A DNA stretch of 64,000 nucleotides from Bryobacteraceae bacterium (GTDB taxonomy: Bacteria; Acidobacteriota; Terriglobia; Bryobacterales; Bryobacteraceae), in NCBI GenBank assembly GCA_035486095.1, contig DATHNM010000479.1:18004-82003 (forward strand). Reading direction: 5' to 3'. Positions 1-9,514 of this stretch are shown piece by piece. Position 1 is the first letter of the stretch, and each line of letters opens with the position of its first letter. The translations under genes were made by a program, and so were the position numbers. Below the pieces are notes generated by a model. That model did not search any database. It saw nothing but the letters and a program-made list of their open reading frames with translations, and was not told where the DNA came from.

Positions 1-974
1 CCTATTTCGATCTGCCGTTTTACATCGTTCACAAATGTTTGCGCGGTCTCTGAGACGTTGCTTTTCGCTCGCAGATCTTCGTAGTCCGCGGCCAGGTTGT
101 AATAGGCATTCAGAACCTGCGTCACCACCGAAATTACCTGCGTTTTGAAGTTCAGCTCCGTGGTGTTCAGGTTCATGCGCGACACTGTGATGGTGCGCGC
201 GTTCGCGGCCACTCCAAAACCGCGCAGCAAATTCTGTTGAAGCGAGACGGTGACACTGGGAGCGACCGTGGGATTGAGCAGATCGCTGGAAGCGTTCTCT
301 TCCAGATAATGGTCGCTATAGCTGACCGTGGCGATGCCGCCGGCCAGGAAACCTTGCTGATAGCTGCCCGAATAGACGTGTGTGGTCTGTATCAGGTTGA
401 ACACGCCGCTCTGCACTTCGTCGGGCTGCGGGGAGCTGAGGTGGCTGAAGGTGGTGTTCTCTTGCAGGATAGGATCCAGGTTCTGGGTCACCGGCCCGAT
501 CTGCGAGACCGTGGCGTTGGAGCCGGAACCATTGGAGCGCGCTCCTGGAACGCTGACGCCAGCCGCGGCCTGGCTGCCGGCCACGCCCTGCCCGCTGGCC
601 ACCGATCCGGCTTGCGAAGCGCCGCTGGGCACGCCGGGCAACGCGCCGCCGGCCTGCGAGCGCTCCAGTTGCCACTGCGAGATAAACGGATTGTAGCGGC
701 TGACCTCGATGTCGATGTTGTTTTCGAGCGCCAGGGCGATGGCATCCTGCGCGGTGAGGTAGAGCATTCCGGCGCGCACCAGTTGGTTGAGGCGCGCCGA
801 ATTCGCCAGCCGTATGGGGGGAACGCTGACGGCCAGATAGGGCCGGATGATAACGGGCGCTTGCGGGCGCTGGGGGGCGATATCTTGCGCCCAGGTTAGA
901 GACGCGAGGCAGAGCAGAGCCAGCGCTTGCCGGCGCGCGCGGTTCAGAGCTAACGGAGCAGGTGTGCGGGTCAT
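1..974 (-). CDS. TolC-family outer-membrane efflux protein, 3' end cut by the window edge (absent from supplied ORF track)
   Basis: Manual reverse translation from ATG (974-972) gives MTRTPAPLALNRARRQALALLCLASLTWAQD...IRLANSARLNQLVRAGMLYLTAQDAIALALENNIDIEVSRYNP... The frame stays open to position 1. It is collinear with the neighbouring 633-aa product (IRLSNSPRMNELIRAGNLYLTSQDVVALAIENNIDVEVQRYGP). The start overlaps the upstream stop (ATGA, 971-974). Confidence 0.8.
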   Translation of the reverse strand, partial: MTRTPAPLALNRARRQALALLCLASLTWAQDIAPQRPQAPVIIRPYLAVSVPPIRLANSARLNQLVRAGMLYLTAQDAIALALENNIDIEVSRYNPFISQWQLERSQAGGALPGVPSGASQAGSVASGQGVAGSQAAAGVSVPGARSNGSGSNATVSQIGPVTQNLDPILQENTTFSHLSSPQPDEVQSGVFNLIQTTHVYSGSYQQGFLAGGIATVSYSDHYLEENASSDLLNPTVAPSVTVSLQQNLLRGFGVAANARTITVSRMNLNTTELNFKTQVISVVTQVLNAYYNLAADYEDLRAKSNVSETAQTFVNDVKRQIEI

Positions 975-2872
975 TGTTTGCCTCCGGGAATATTCGAAGG
1001 CAGCACCGAATCGCGCGCGATGCGTCCGTGCAGCGCCTCATCCAGTGAGATGTGATTTACCTCCAGCGTGGTGCCCAGCGCCTGATCGAAAGAAATACGC
1101 GCGTGCGTGTAATTGGCCAGCGCCTGCACTTCCGTACTTTGGCTGGTAGCCAGATCGCGCTGGTCTTGAATCACTTGAAAAACCGTGGCGGCTCCCAGTG
1201 CATTCCGGCGCTGATCGGCCGCCAGCGTCTGTTCCTGAAGCTCGCGCGATTTTAGAGCCGCGTCATAACGGACGCGGGCCTGCTGCAATCCAATCACCGC
1301 ATTCTGCACGTCCACCGTCACCTGGTTGGTGTTCTTGCGCAGATTCAGCTGGTTTTGGCGCAGCTCCAGCAGGCTGGTGGCATAGTCGGATTGCGCGGCG
1401 CGATTGCGCAGTGGAATGTTGAGCGAAATTCCCGCGGAATAGTTCGGAAAATTGCGCCGGGCGATCTGTTCCAGCAGGTTGCCGTAGCCGCCCGCCAGAT
1501 AGTCGAAGCCGGGCTGCGTCGCTCCGAAAGCGGTGAGCTGGCCGCTGAGGCCGTTGTTGGTCAGCTCGGCGAAAGCCTGCAGCGTGGGTTTCAACGAGTT
1601 CTTGATTCCCACCAGGTTCATTTCGTTGCTGTCGATGTTGATGCGCGCGGTGGCAATCTCGGTCCGGTTCGCCAGCGCTTGCGTCACCAGTTCGGGCACC
1701 GGACGGGCATCGTCGCTGGCTGGAATCTCGATCTTATCGAGCGGCACCAGGTGAACATTCTCCAGGCCAGCCGCCGAGATTCCATCGCGGCATAGCGCGT
1801 TCTTCAGAACAATCTCCTGTTGCTGCAAATTGGTTTGTGAAACCACCAGATCCTGCTGGCTGGAGTAAAGCTGGGCTTCGGCGCGCGTCACTTCAATCTC
1901 GGCCAGCGCGCCAATCTGCACTTGCCGCTTGTTGTCGTCCAGCAATTGCTGGGCGGTGGTAACCTCTTGCTGGCGCGCGCGCACATCCTCGTGGAAGCTC
2001 ACCAGGTCCCAATACAAATTGAGCGCCGCCGCTACCGTGGTGATCACCTGCTGTTTAAATTGCAGGTCGCTCACCTTCACGTTGTTCTTTTGAACGCGAA
2101 TATTGCGGCCGTTCACCGCGCTTCCGAATCCCTGCAAAAGATTTTGCGTCACTTGCAGGTCCAGATCGCCGGAGGTGTAGGGATTCAGGCTGAACAACTG
2201 GCTGTTGAGATGGAAATAATTGCTGGCGTAAGTGACCGTGGCGCTTAAACCGAAGACCCAATTCTGCGAATATTGCGCGGTAAGGCTGCGCATGCTCTGA
2301 ATAAGCGCCGTGGTGCCTGTCAGGAATGTGTTGCTTTGCGGGGCGGTGGCGTGCTGAAAATTTACGACGGCGAATAACGAAGGATCAAGCGATGGGATGC
2401 TGGGGCCTAACTGCGTCACAATGCCGCCGCCCGAACTGACGCCGTTGCCGCCGGAAAGTGCCACCGACCCCGAATTGTTGACGCTGACGCCTTGCAGGCT
2501 GACGCTTTCCGGGCCCGCGGCCACGCCCAGCCCCACGCTTCGCAAAGCTCCGCCGCCCTGGGCGCGCCGCAAAACCTGCTGGGCCAGCAGCGGTCCATAG
2601 CGCTGCACTTCCACGTCGATATTGTTTTCGATGGCCAGCGCCACCACGTCCTGCGAGGTCAGATACAGGTTTCCGGCTCGAATCAGTTCGTTCATGCGGG
2701 GCGAGTTGCTCAAACGGATGGCGGGAACACTGGCCGCCTGATAGGGATGCGTCAGCCAGCCCAAGCCTCCCGTGGGCGATTGCACGCTGATTTCCGACTG
2801 GGGGGAAGCCAGCGGCGCAAAGAGCAAAGGAAGGAACAGGGTTAAAACCGCGATTTGCGATCGGCTCGACAT
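971..2872 (-). CDS. TolC-family outer-membrane efflux protein
   Basis: 633-aa ORF with a signal peptide (MSSRSQIAVLTLFLPLLFAPLASPQ). It has a Gly/Ser-rich insert, then two long coiled/helical repeat halves rich in Q/L/A/N, typical of OEP/TolC proteins. The C-terminal half reads ...LRQNQLNLRKNTNQVTVDVQNAVIGLQQARVRYDAA... Confidence 0.85.
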   Translation of the reverse strand: MSSRSQIAVLTLFLPLLFAPLASPQSEISVQSPTGGLGWLTHPYQAASVPAIRLSNSPRMNELIRAGNLYLTSQDVVALAIENNIDVEVQRYGPLLAQQVLRRAQGGGALRSVGLGVAAGPESVSLQGVSVNNSGSVALSGGNGVSSGGGIVTQLGPSIPSLDPSLFAVVNFQHATAPQSNTFLTGTTALIQSMRSLTAQYSQNWVFGLSATVTYASNYFHLNSQLFSLNPYTSGDLDLQVTQNLLQGFGSAVNGRNIRVQKNNVKVSDLQFKQQVITTVAAALNLYWDLVSFHEDVRARQQEVTTAQQLLDDNKRQVQIGALAEIEVTRAEAQLYSSQQDLVVSQTNLQQQEIVLKNALCRDGISAAGLENVHLVPLDKIEIPASDDARPVPELVTQALANRTEIATARINIDSNEMNLVGIKNSLKPTLQAFAELTNNGLSGQLTAFGATQPGFDYLAGGYGNLLEQIARRNFPNYSAGISLNIPLRNRAAQSDYATSLLELRQNQLNLRKNTNQVTVDVQNAVIGLQQARVRYDAALKSRELQEQTLAADQRRNALGAATVFQVIQDQRDLATSQSTEVQALANYTHARISFDQALGTTLEVNHISLDEALHGRIARDSVLPSNIPGGKQ

Positions 2873-2940
2873 AGATTCTTTCAGTATCGCTGGAAGAGAG
2901 GGGTAGGGATCATGGAGTAGCTACGTCCGCGGCCGTCCGC

Positions 2941-2972
2941 TTGTTCCAGCTTTTTCGCGACTGTTATACAAT
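2941..2972 (+). promoter_or_regulatory. Possible sigma70-like promoter for the 3011..5699 operon
   Basis: TTGTTC (2941-2946), 18 nt, then TATACA/TACAAT (2965-2972). It lies about 40 nt upstream of the ATG at 3011, in the divergent spacer. Pattern match only. Confidence 0.3.
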
Positions 2973-3010
2973 ACGCCCCAGAAGAAAGACTCAAGAAGGA
3001 ACCAACGCAC

Positions 3011-3949
3011 ATGCACCCAGTGGCCTCCCGGATTCCGTTGCTTCTCGCCATCGCCGCACTGGCCGGCGCGCCGCTGCTCGGGCAGGGCGGGATGGGATTC
3101 AATCCCACCGGATTATGGCAGGCGATGTATCACGAGGATGAATTGGAGCGCACCGATCCGGGGTCGCCCGCCGGCGATTATCTGGGCATTCCGATCAACG
3201 ACGACGCCCGGCTGCGCGCCGATACATGGGACGGCGATCTTGTTTCGGTGCTGCAGCACCAATGCATCCCGCACTCGGCGATCTATGCCATGCGCGCGCC
3301 CACCGGCTTGAAGATTTCCACGGTCAACGATCCTGAATCGGGCCGGATCGTCGCATTTATTATCGACGGCAGCTATACCGGCCCGCGAACCATCTGGATG
3401 GATGGCCGGGCGCATCCTTCGCAGTTCGCGCCGCACACCTGGGCGGGTTTTTCAACCGGAGAGTGGGAGGGCGACACGCTGCGCATTGAGACCACGCATA
3501 TCAAGTCGGGTTATCTGCGGCGCAACGGCATCGCTTTCTCGGACCAAGCCAGGCTGACGGAATTTCTGGATCTGCATGACAAATACCTGACGCTGCTGAC
3601 CATTGCGGAGGATCCGGTTTACCTGACGGAGCCGTTGGTGCGAACCGAGAGCTGGGTCTGGAATCCCTATCAGGTCTTTTCTCCGATCGCCGGTTACGGT
3701 TCCTGCTTGCCGAGTCCGGAAATTCCCCGGCCATACGGATGGGTGCCGCATCACCTGCCGGGAACCAACACCGTGATCCGGGAATTTTCCCAGGAATACG
3801 GCGTGCCTTTTGAAGCCAGCCGCGGCGGCGCCGAGACCATGTATCCGGAATATCGAAAACAGATCAAGCAAATGACCATTCCTCATCCCAAGGTATTCGA
3901 CGTGCAATTCGAGCAGGAACACAAGAAGCCGGCGGAGACCAAGCCATGA
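3011..3949 (+). CDS. Secreted protein of unknown function, 'type A' member of the window-wide WxGxSxGxW(E/D)GxTL family
   Basis: Signal peptide MHPVASRIPLLLAIAALAGAPLLGQ. Core motif TIWMDGRAHPSQFAPHTWAGFSTGEWEGDTLRIETTHIKSGYLRRNG. Clear paralog of the N-terminal half of 40731..42521. Stop overlaps the next start (ATGA, 3946-3949). Confidence 0.8.
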   Translation: MHPVASRIPLLLAIAALAGAPLLGQGGMGFNPTGLWQAMYHEDELERTDPGSPAGDYLGIPINDDARLRADTWDGDLVSVLQHQCIPHSAIYAMRAPTGLKISTVNDPESGRIVAFIIDGSYTGPRTIWMDGRAHPSQFAPHTWAGFSTGEWEGDTLRIETTHIKSGYLRRNGIAFSDQARLTEFLDLHDKYLTLLTIAEDPVYLTEPLVRTESWVWNPYQVFSPIAGYGSCLPSPEIPRPYGWVPHHLPGTNTVIREFSQEYGVPFEASRGGAETMYPEYRKQIKQMTIPHPKVFDVQFEQEHKKPAETKP

Positions 3950-4887
3950 AGAAGGCCGCATTCCTGTGGGCCGCGGTAAGCGGCTGCGTGGCCATGGCGC
4001 AACCCCTGCAGCAGGCCGATGGAATTCCCTATGAAGTCCGGCACGTGCAGGGCAATGTCTACATGTTTGCCAGCACGCTGGGAAATGTGACCATTCAGAT
4101 CGGCAAAGACGCGGGGCATGACGGCGTGCTGCTGGTGGATACCGGCGCGCCGCGGCTGCGGGAAGCGCTGCTGGCCGAGATTCACAAACTATCCGCTGAG
4201 CCGGTCCGGTTCATCATCAACACCAGTATGGATGCCGATCATACCGGCTCCAATGAAGTGCTGCTGAAGCCTCCGCGAACCTATCAGCTGCAGGCCGAAG
4301 TGGCGCTGTTCGCGCAGGACAATGTGCTGCAGCGCGAGAGCCGGGACGGATCGGGCGTCCCGTCCAGCGTATGGCCGACCCTTACGTATCTGGAGGGGAA
4401 AAGCCTGGCGTTCAACGGCGAGGCTATTCAGATGTTCTACGAGAAAGCGGCGCACACCGATGGCGACAGCATCGTGCTTTTTCGAGGTTCCAACGTCCTG
4501 AGCGCGGGCGATATTTTCCTTACCACCGGCTACCCCATGATCGATCTGCAGCGCGGCGGAAGCATTCAGGGCGAGATCCGGGCCTTGAATCACATTCTCG
4601 ATCTCACGGTGCCGCGCTCCATGCAGGAAGGCGGCACCATGGTGATTCCCGGGCACGGGCGGCTGTGCGACGAATCCGAAGTGAGCGACTATCGCGATAT
4701 GGTCACCATCATCCGGGATCGCGTGCAAGACCTGCTGCACAAAGGCAAGACGGTCGAAGAAGTGAAAGCGGCGCACCTGAGCCGGGACTATGACCGGCGG
4801 TACAGCACTCCTGCCTGGACTGGGGAAATGTTCATCGAGGCTATTTACAAGAGCCTGGGCCACGACGGAACGGGAGGTTCGAAATGA
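3946..4887 (+). CDS. Secreted metallo-beta-lactamase-fold protein with an atypical motif 2
   Basis: Signal peptide MKKAAFLWAAVSGCVAMAQ. MBL-fold landmarks are VLLVDTG, AHTDGDS and VIPGHGR. The canonical HxHxDH is replaced by SMDADH (4225-4242). Confidence 0.8.
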   Translation: MKKAAFLWAAVSGCVAMAQPLQQADGIPYEVRHVQGNVYMFASTLGNVTIQIGKDAGHDGVLLVDTGAPRLREALLAEIHKLSAEPVRFIINTSMDADHTGSNEVLLKPPRTYQLQAEVALFAQDNVLQRESRDGSGVPSSVWPTLTYLEGKSLAFNGEAIQMFYEKAAHTDGDSIVLFRGSNVLSAGDIFLTTGYPMIDLQRGGSIQGEIRALNHILDLTVPRSMQEGGTMVIPGHGRLCDESEVSDYRDMVTIIRDRVQDLLHKGKTVEEVKAAHLSRDYDRRYSTPAWTGEMFIEAIYKSLGHDGTGGSK

Positions 4888-5699
4888 AGCGCGGCTGGAT
4901 CGCGATCGGACTTATCCTGGCTGGTTTCGTTCTCAAAGGGCAGCCGCCCCCGAGCGCCCCCATCGATATCACCGGTTACTGGGTCTCGCTGGTCACCGAG
5001 GACTGGCGCTATCGCATGCTGAACGCGCCCAAAGGCGACTATTACAGTATCCCGTTGAATGCCGAAGGCAAGCGAGTGGCGGATACCTGGGATGCGGCTA
5101 AGGACATCGCGGGGGGAAAACAGTGCCTGAGTTACGGCGCGCCCAACATTATGCGCCAGCCCGCGCGGCTGCACATTACCTGGCTGCACGAGGGGGCCAA
5201 CGACAGCGCGCTCAAGATCGAAATCGACGCGGGGAAACAGACCCGGACGTTTTTCTTTTCGCCGCCTGCCGTGCCGGGTGAGCCGTCCATGCAGGGAACG
5301 TCAGTGGCTGTGTGGGAGACGCCGCAATCAATTCGCGCTTATACGTCGAAGATTTCCGCGCAGGATCCGAACACCCCCGGATTCGCCAACGCCAGCATGG
5401 CTTCGCCGCCCGCGCCGCCGGATACGCGCCGGTTGGGAGGCACGCTGAAGGTGGTTACCACGCATATCAAACCCGGATACCTGCGCAACAATGGCGTGCC
5501 TTTCAGCGCCAGCGCGGTTATGACGGAGTATTACGACCTTCACCAGCGCGGCAACGATAAATACTTGGTGCAGACCCAAATTGTGGAAGATCCAAAATAT
5601 CTGAACGCCCCCTGGGTGGTTAGCAACCACTACCGGAGCGAGCCGGATGGCTCGAAATGGGATCCCCAGCCATGCGAGCTGCTGTTGCCCTCGAAGTAA
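4884..5699 (+). CDS. Secreted protein of unknown function, 'type C' member of the same family
   Basis: Signal peptide MKRGWIAIGLILAGFVLKG. Motifs IDITGYWVSLVTEDWRYRML and GGTLKVVTTHIKPGYLRNNGVPFS. Paralog of 42518..43291 and distantly of 3011..3949. ATGA overlap with the upstream gene. Confidence 0.8.
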   Translation: MKRGWIAIGLILAGFVLKGQPPPSAPIDITGYWVSLVTEDWRYRMLNAPKGDYYSIPLNAEGKRVADTWDAAKDIAGGKQCLSYGAPNIMRQPARLHITWLHEGANDSALKIEIDAGKQTRTFFFSPPAVPGEPSMQGTSVAVWETPQSIRAYTSKISAQDPNTPGFANASMASPPAPPDTRRLGGTLKVVTTHIKPGYLRNNGVPFSASAVMTEYYDLHQRGNDKYLVQTQIVEDPKYLNAPWVVSNHYRSEPDGSKWDPQPCELLLPSK

Positions 5700-5823
5700 T
5701 ACTCGGAATAAACCTCTATAGGATTCACCCGCTTGGCTTTTGAAAGTTTCGGAAAGCCCTGAAACCAAAGCCTAATGGAGCGGCGCAGAACGGACGATGG
5801 AATGCTGACAGGGCAACACCACC

Positions 5824-6882
5824 ATGCAAAGGTCCGCAGCGACCATCTCCGAAAGTTTGAAGAAGGTTCCTCCGTTTCCGCCCGTGGCGGCCAAGTTGTT
5901 GAGCTTGCTTGCCAACCCCGCGGTGGATACGAATGAAGTGGCCGATCTTATCGGCAGCGACGCCACGTTTACCGCGCGCTTGCTCCAGCGCGTGAATTCC
6001 GCCGAATTCGGATTCATGTCCGATATCACCAATGTGCGGCGGGCCGTGGCATTGCTGGGGCTCGACACCACCCGCCAAATCACGCTGGCGCACGCCACCG
6101 CGGCCTACGCGCAGGGCGGCCTGAAAACCGAAGCCATGCGCCGCTGCTGGCAGCATACGGTTGCTACCGCCGTTCTGGCCGAAGAAATTGCGATAGCCTG
6201 TGACGCCTATGTGAGCGTCGCGTTCACCGCCGGTATCATGCACGATATTGGCCGCCTGGGGTTACTGGTCGCCTATCCGGAAGAGTATGAACGGGTGATC
6301 CGCAACGCCGCCACGCGCAGCCTGGACGTGCTGGATTTTGAGGAAGAGGAATTCGGCGCCCATCATGCCGAAGCGGGCCGTTTACTCGGCGAGCGCTGGG
6401 GATTGCCTTCCGACATGGCCCTGATTGCCGGACGGCATCACGACCCTTGCGAGGGCAGGGAACTGGATTTGTTGCGTATCGTCCATGTGGCCTGCCGGCT
6501 GGCCGATGTTTTGGGCTATGACGTAGTGAAACCGCTGGTCGAGCATACCGCCGTCGAAGTGCTCGAGGACCTGCCGGCGCAGGCGCGTGCGCGTCTGCTT
6601 CGCACGCCGGAAGAGTTTTGCGAGCGCATCGAACAACGGATTCAGGAATTCGGGTCCGAGCCGGCTGACGCGGCGCCTGAAGACACGCTGGCGTTGCTCG
6701 CGGCTGCAGGCGCTGCCACTGAGGCGGAACCGCCGGCGGACGCCTCTGCGGGCGAGCCGGATTCGGCGCCTCTGGAATCCACAGGGCAGAAAACTTTCTG
6801 GAGCCGGCACTCCAGCGTGATTCTATGGGTCTTGGCTTTGCTGACCGCCGGCATCGCGGTAACGCTTTGGGTTTTGCGTTAG
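5824..6882 (+). CDS. HDOD-domain signalling protein with a C-terminal TM helix
   Basis: N-terminus LKKVPPFPPVAAKLLSLLANPAVDTNEVADLIGSDATFTARLLQRVNSAEFGF...VRRAVALLGLD, followed by MHDIGRLGL and GAHHAEAG, as in HDOD domains. The C-terminal hydrophobic segment is VILWVLALLTAGIAVTLWVL. Confidence 0.85.
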   Translation: MQRSAATISESLKKVPPFPPVAAKLLSLLANPAVDTNEVADLIGSDATFTARLLQRVNSAEFGFMSDITNVRRAVALLGLDTTRQITLAHATAAYAQGGLKTEAMRRCWQHTVATAVLAEEIAIACDAYVSVAFTAGIMHDIGRLGLLVAYPEEYERVIRNAATRSLDVLDFEEEEFGAHHAEAGRLLGERWGLPSDMALIAGRHHDPCEGRELDLLRIVHVACRLADVLGYDVVKPLVEHTAVEVLEDLPAQARARLLRTPEEFCERIEQRIQEFGSEPADAAPEDTLALLAAAGAATEAEPPADASAGEPDSAPLESTGQKTFWSRHSSVILWVLALLTAGIAVTLWVLR

Positions 6883-6886
6883 CCCG

Positions 6887-9511
6887 TCATGAACTGGCGA
6901 GCGCGGCTGCCGATTCGCTGACGAAACAGTGCAGCGCCTCTAATTGTTCCGCGATGCGGTTGGGGTCCGCCTGCTGGGCCGCCCGCTCGATCTCTTTTCC
7001 CATTTCTTCAATCGGAGGAAATCCGTAGCCGCGTCCCGTGCCTTTCAGATTGTGCCCGAAGCGCCGGATGGGTCCGAAGTCGCGAGTGGCCAGGGCGGCG
7101 CGCGCCTCTTCGATCTGTTTCTCTTTCGAAGCGAGGTACTGTGGCACCAGCGCCCGCACTTCGTCTGAGACAGGGATGGTCCGGACAGGGCCCGGGCTGG
7201 CCAGCGCGGGCGCAGGCGCATAGCGGTGGATGGTTTTCAAAAGCGTCTCCCGGTCAATCGGTTTGGCGACATGGGCCACACATCCGGCTTCCAGGCTGGC
7301 GCGCACGGCTTCTCGCATGGCATCCGCCGATAAAGCGATAATGGGCGTCGCCGGACCGGGCGATTGTAATGTTTGCGACTGCTGCCACACCCGGATCTGC
7401 CGGGTTGCCACGTAACCATCCATCACGGGCATATCGATATCCATGAGGATAAGATCGAACTTTTCACCGTGTTCCACCGCGTCCACCGCCGCTTGGCCGT
7501 TTACCGCGAAACGCAGCTTCACCGGTTCGTCGCGCAGATAATGCTCCAGCAGCAGCCGGTTATCTTCGGTGTCCTCGGCCACCAGGATGCGGATCGCTTC
7601 ACTGTTGCGCAACTGCGCCGGGCCGTTGGCGGCCGTAGCCGGAGCGCTGAGCACGGGATCCACAGCCTGTAGGGGCAGGCTGAAATGAAAGGTGCTTCCG
7701 CTGCCCTCCCGGCTGACCAGTCCGATTTCCCCTTCCATTAGTTCCACCAGATCGCGGCAGATGGTGAGTCCCAACCCGGTGCCGCGCTGTCCATTGGTCT
7801 GATTGGGCAACTGCACAAAGCGAGCAAAAATTTTGTCTTGGTCCTCCAGCCTTATACCCGGGCCGGTGTCCGATACCTCGAAGCGAAGCTTCTCGCTGCT
7901 GCCGCCCGCGCCGGTCACCTTCACGATTACATCCACCCGTCCGGTGCTGGTGAACTTCAAGGCGTTGCTCAGAAGGTTTACCAGCACCTGCTGGATGCGC
8001 AAGGGATCCCCCAGAGCCCAGGCGGGTGCCGCGGGATCGATTTCCACTCCCAACGCAATGCCTTTTCGCGCGGCCGATTCGCGGAACGTGGCCACCGCGT
8101 CGTCCACCGTCTCCCGGATGTAAACCGGAGCTTTTTCAACCCGCACAGCCCCGGCTTCGATGCGCGAGAAATCCAGAAAGTCGTTGATGAGCGCCACCAG
8201 CCGCCGGCAATTGCGCTGGAACATGTTGACGTATTCGCCCTGATCGAAGCTGAGCGGGGTCTGCGACAGCAGATCCGCCGAACCCAGGATGGCGTTGAGC
8301 GGAGTCCGGATGTCGTGGCTGATCTTGGCCAGAAATTCGGTCTTGGCCCGGTTGGCAGCCTCGGCCGCATCCTTGGCCCGTACCAACCCAGCATCGGCTT
8401 TCTTGCCCGCACCGATATCCCGCAGGAAGACATAGAAGCTGGAGTCCGGATCCTGGGCCGGGGCTAGAAATGTGATTCCGACATCCGCTACCGCGCCTTG
8501 CGGCCGTTCGATCCGGGCCGCCATTTCCGCGTGCCCCTCGGCTCGCATGCGGGCCATGGCTTCCAAAACTTTGGGCCGGTCTTCGGGCTCCAGGGTGGAA
8601 TCCAACGTCAGGGGCCGGTCCACCCGGGAGCCGCTCGCGATGGCCCCGTAGGCCTTGTTCATCCACAGATAACTCCCGCCGGAGCCGACTTCGGCGATGC
8701 CGTCGAGCGCGTTTTCAAGCGCCACTTCTTTGCGCCGCATGGCTTCGGCCAGCTGGATCAACCCCTCGTTCAAAGCTCCAATTTCGTCGTGCCCGGATAG
8801 CGGTTCCGGGGGCACGCCGTCCGGAAGCCGCGCCAGATTGCGCTGCAGCCGGTCTATGCGGCGGGTGATGCCGCGTGCGAACAGTAGCGTCATGGCTATC
8901 CCGCCCAGCAGTCCGAAACACAGACAGATGCCCGTGGCAGCCGCCTGCTGGGCCTCTAGCGACGCCCGGCTGCGGTAGGCGCTTTCAAGCTGCCGCGCAT
9001 TGTCTTGTTCCATCAACCCGAGCAGGTCTTCCATGCCCAGACGCTGGGTTTCCAGCAGGTTTAAATCGGCGCGCAATTCATCCCCAGGCAGAGCGCCCAA
9101 ACGGAAGCGCGCCGTGGCGCTGAACAAACACTCCTCACTCCCGTGTTCGAGCACCGCGATGGCGGCCAGGCGCTGTTGCTGCACCGGACTACCGGCGGTG
9201 AGATTCATAAGCTGTTGGCGCGCCGACTCGAATGTCGAGAGGGAGGTGCGGGCACGGCTGGCCAGGGACTTCTGGGCGCCGATGAAATAGGCCCGGGCGT
9301 CCGAGCTGGTTTCAGTTTCGGCGACGCGCAGACGCTGGATCTCCCCCGTGGTTGCCAGAGCACGGTTGACCAGGTCTCCGGCGGCCGAATTACGCGCCGC
9401 CAGGATATTCGCCACCCCGAACATCAGCACCGTGGCCGATGCGGGGAGGGAGATCAGCAGCAGGCACTTGGTCCGCAGGGAAAGGTCCGGCCATTTTTGC
9501 AACCAGCGCAT
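6887..9511 (-). CDS. Hybrid sensor histidine kinase (CHASE3-like, HAMP, PAS-like, HisKA, HATPase_c, REC, HPt)
   Basis: H-box [20 protein letters not shown] boxes [17 protein letters not shown] and [21 protein letters not shown]: [13 protein letters not shown]...[15 protein letters not shown]...ALSADA. C-terminal HPt-like [12 protein letters not shown]. Confidence 0.9.
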   Translation of the reverse strand: MRWLQKWPDLSLRTKCLLLISLPASATVLMFGVANILAARNSAAGDLVNRALATTGEIQRLRVAETETSSDARAYFIGAQKSLASRARTSLSTFESARQQLMNLTAGSPVQQQRLAAIAVLEHGSEECLFSATARFRLGALPGDELRADLNLLETQRLGMEDLLGLMEQDNARQLESAYRSRASLEAQQAAATGICLCFGLLGGIAMTLLFARGITRRIDRLQRNLARLPDGVPPEPLSGHDEIGALNEGLIQLAEAMRRKEVALENALDGIAEVGSGGSYLWMNKAYGAIASGSRVDRPLTLDSTLEPEDRPKVLEAMARMRAEGHAEMAARIERPQGAVADVGITFLAPAQDPDSSFYVFLRDIGAGKKADAGLVRAKDAAEAANRAKTEFLAKISHDIRTPLNAILGSADLLSQTPLSFDQGEYVNMFQRNCRRLVALINDFLDFSRIEAGAVRVEKAPVYIRETVDDAVATFRESAARKGIALGVEIDPAAPAWALGDPLRIQQVLVNLLSNALKFTSTGRVDVIVKVTGAGGSSEKLRFEVSDTGPGIRLEDQDKIFARFVQLPNQTNGQRGTGLGLTICRDLVELMEGEIGLVSREGSGSTFHFSLPLQAVDPVLSAPATAANGPAQLRNSEAIRILVAEDTEDNRLLLEHYLRDEPVKLRFAVNGQAAVDAVEHGEKFDLILMDIDMPVMDGYVATRQIRVWQQSQTLQSPGPATPIIALSADAMREAVRASLEAGCVAHVAKPIDRETLLKTIHRYAPAPALASPGPVRTIPVSDEVRALVPQYLASKEKQIEEARAALATRDFGPIRRFGHNLKGTGRGYGFPPIEEMGKEIERAAQQADPNRIAEQLEALHCFVSESAAALASS

Positions 9512-9514
9512 TGG

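Noticed and set aside
237-1041. Track ORFs 237..899 (+), 316..1041 (-), 382..696 (+) and 488..745 (-).
   Set aside because: Their products are Arg/Gly/Ala/Pro-rich with no motifs. A third frame on the minus strand (1..974) gives a clean TolC paralog collinear with the neighbouring gene, so these are shadow ORFs.
3946-4887. Annotating the MBL-fold proteins (also 41700..42521) as beta-lactamases or as PqqB.
   Set aside because: The zinc-binding HxHxDH motif is altered (S-x-D-x-D-H). The proteins are secreted or fused to an unknown domain, and no pqq genes are nearby. There is no basis for either specific function.
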